NCBI RefSeq assembly: GCF_009914755.1 | Contig: NC_060929.1 | Direction: 5' to 3' (one strand) | Length of the DNA: 64,000 nucleotides | From: the human T2T-CHM13v2.0 reference genome, Homo sapiens | Shown: piece after piece, positions 61,225 to 64,000 of the stretch | How positions within the stretch are numbered: the first letter of the stretch is position 1 | How the letters are laid out: each line of letters begins with the position of its first letter | The notes under the pieces: model-generated | Seen by the model: only the letters and a program-made list of their open reading frames with translations | Database searches by the model: none | Told to the model about the DNA's origin: nothing | Translations under genes and position numbers: made by a program

Positions 61225-63444
61225 TCTAGTGTAATTCTAGTGTGAAATCATTTTCCCTCAGGATTTTCAAGGTATGACTCCATTTGTCTTCATATCCCGC
61301 ACTGAGTGGTTAAAAAGAAAACAGCGATCAACATGCACTAAAATGGATAGCTCTCCAAGGCACAACGTTGAATGAAAACTACAACTCTTCAAGTAAATTA
61401 TGAAGAGTGATACCTTTTATATCAAAGGAATCTGGAGGGGGACTCACCAGTGCTTCACTGCGGGGAGGGGAAGGGGCGCTGGAATTGGGGGGCCTGGTCA
61501 AGGTAGGCAACAGACCTATGGATTGATTATCTATGTACTTTTCAGTTTGTCTTATCAATGAAACTTCCACCCACCAGATGCTCAATAAGCACACAATTCT
61601 GTGTTCTTATAGCTTACCATTTTTACCACCTTTATATTTAACTTTTAAATACAACTGGAATTTACTTAGTTACATAGTATTTAGTTATATAGGACGGTTT
61701 ACAAGAATATTTTTTCCTATTTCCTTTTTTCCTATTCCCTATTTCTTTTCCTATTTCCCTTACCATTTGTTCCTACACCATTTATTGAATATTCCTTCCC
61801 TTCCCTACTGATTTAAAGTGTCTCCTTGAGGCATGTATCAATTTGAAAAATATGTAGTGTAGAACCCAGGTGTCCTAATTCCCAGCCTGGTGATCATTTC
61901 ACTCCATCACTGAGTAGTTTTTTAAATTATTTTTCTTTTAGACATTGTCTTTTTCTTAATTTTTAAAACATTTCAGATTTCTAACACTCTGTTTTGTTCT
62001 TGGATCTGACTCTAGTTGGATTTTTACCACCTGCATTTGTTCTATTTTTCTAGGGTTTGAGTAAGGGGTTGGAGGAACACTTAGGTTTGTTAATTCATTC
62101 ACTCAGCAAGCGTGGCTTTAGCAGCAGCTATGTTCCATGTACTGTTCCCAGCACCGGGGATATTAGGACATGAGGGCAAGGGGTTGCCTCTTATGTTTTT
62201 CTTTTGTCTTTTGTTTCAAGCTATTTCCCCAAGTTTTTTCAGTTTAATTATTCACTTCATCTGCCCTATGGCCACAGTTCCATGGACTGGTAGCAAGTGA
62301 CCAGTACCTGCTCTTTGGGATCATCCATAGCTTTGAAAACTATTGTCTTTCTTTGGCCACCCCACATCCCTAGCAAGCTACTTTTCCCAGGCCTTACAAA
62401 GAACAAACCTACTCCGCTCCTGTGACAGGAATGCGTTTCACTCTGTAGAAGTGGGGGTTCAAGATGCTGGCATCTGACTATGAACCCTTTTCCACCTCTA
62501 CTTCTGCTAAAAAACAAAAGGACTAGATCATAAGATCTGCTGCGCACTTTCCAGAGGAAAAAAAAATGTTCTTTGTAGCATAGAGAACCGACCAGGAAGC
62601 ATTGTGAGACCTTTTCCAGTCAGTTCTGATTTATTATACAAACTCCAGGCCTCCAAGAGCACCAGGTTTCATGGAACTCTCTGCGGTATTTTGAATCCAT
62701 AAGCCAATGAATAGATATTATATCTAAACCACAGGAAGCATCTACTTATCTGTGGTAAGTGTTGCGATGTCCTTCATTTAATAAACCACTTAGAGACACC
62801 GTGTGACTGAAGTGAGGAGGACTCTGTATTGGAGTTTAACTTGCTCAGGTGAGCTAAACTCAGTGGAAATTAAAGAGAGATGGTATTTTGTGTTTGGATC
62901 CATGACAAATCTAAAAAAACTAAAATAAAAGTAGTATATAGTCATGATACTTCTGTGAGCAGCAGGTGATCATCTTTACTACTTTGACTGCATGCATGAC
63001 TGTCATAGGAATAATGTTTCATACTAAGGTGCAGATACTCCACATAAAAAGAGTGATTTTGAACCTGAAACAGCCCTCAAGAAGACAGTTTCCCAAGTGG
63101 GATGCCATAGCACAGTGGAGTTTGTCAAACAAGTTAACCCCCTCCGCCCTCAACACCAGAGCCAAGACCTCTCACCTATCACCATGGACGCCCTCCTCTC
63201 AGTACAAATGCTGCCATTTCCTGACGATGCCATGACGCAGAAGAAAAGAAGAAAACAAAACCATAAAGCACTGCTACAGTATAACTTAAGCCAAGGACAT
63301 TATGGTGTCAATTTTATAGAAAAATCGTTTAGCAAATTGTCAAAGTTGTGGACATTCCAAATATGCAATTGATTTTCCTATTTTCCTTGTAGTAGGTATG
63401 CTGGGAAGAAAAGTCTCCAGAAAGGAAATGCTTGCTTAAAAGTG

Positions 63445-64000
63445 AGCACCTGGTATACCGTTAGTGGGACCGTAAAATAGCACAGCTGCTGTGGAAAAAG
63501 TTTGGCCGTTCCTCAAAAAGTGAAATATAAAATTACCATATGACCCGTCAATTCCACTCCTAAGTATATACCCCAAAAAGTGAAAACTAGCACTCAGATA
63601 TATATATACATACATATATATATATATATATATGCATATTCAAAGCAATGCAATTCACAATAGCCAAAAGGTGGAAACAGCCCAAATGTCCACCAGCAGA
63701 TTAACAGATAAGCAAATTGTGGTATAGTCATACAGTGGAATACTATTCAGCCATAAAAAAGGAATAAAGTTTGGATATATGCTACAATGTGGCTGAACCT
63801 CAAAAATGTTATGCTAAGTGAAAGAAACATAATACAAAATGTCACATATTGTAGAATTCCATTTACATGAATGTCCGGAATACATAAATGCATAGAGAAA
63901 AAATGCAGCTTGCTGGTTGCCAGGGCCTGAAGGAAGCAGGCGAAGCAACTGCTTCAGGGGTACAGGCCTCCCTTTTTGGGTGATGAGAATGCTTTGGAAC
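63445..64000 (+). mobile_element. L1MB-type 3' region, running off the window end
   Basis: aattaccatatgacccgtcaattccactcctaagtatatacccc, tggaatactattcagccataaaaaaggaa, ggttgccagggcctg. Confidence 0.85.

Overview
This is primate (very probably human) non-coding genomic DNA dominated by interspersed repeats. It contains about 16 Alu copies or fragments, L1s of several ages, L2/MIR remnants, many MaLR/ERV LTRs (THE1, MST, MLT1/2, LTR12C, LTR7, LTR18, LTR47-like, MER87/90-like) and DNA-transposon MITEs (MER2, MER5, MER20, MER58, MER81). I find no supportable host protein-coding exon, tRNA, rRNA or CRISPR array. The only real coding remnant is a disrupted L1 ORF2. The most unusual signals are three short local duplications (35-67 bp) within about 11 kb, two of which are pasted into the middle of old repeats like template-switch repair scars. 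Other notable features are a tail-less Alu fragment, a twin-primed L1 with a large internal loss, an internally deleted L1PA7-like element, intact solo LTR12C and LTR7 promoters, and a cluster of strong + strand splice signals at 30.3-31.6 kb. Subfamily names come from remembered consensus sequences and need RepeatMasker/Dfam confirmation. I see no evidence for a novel multi-gene system.
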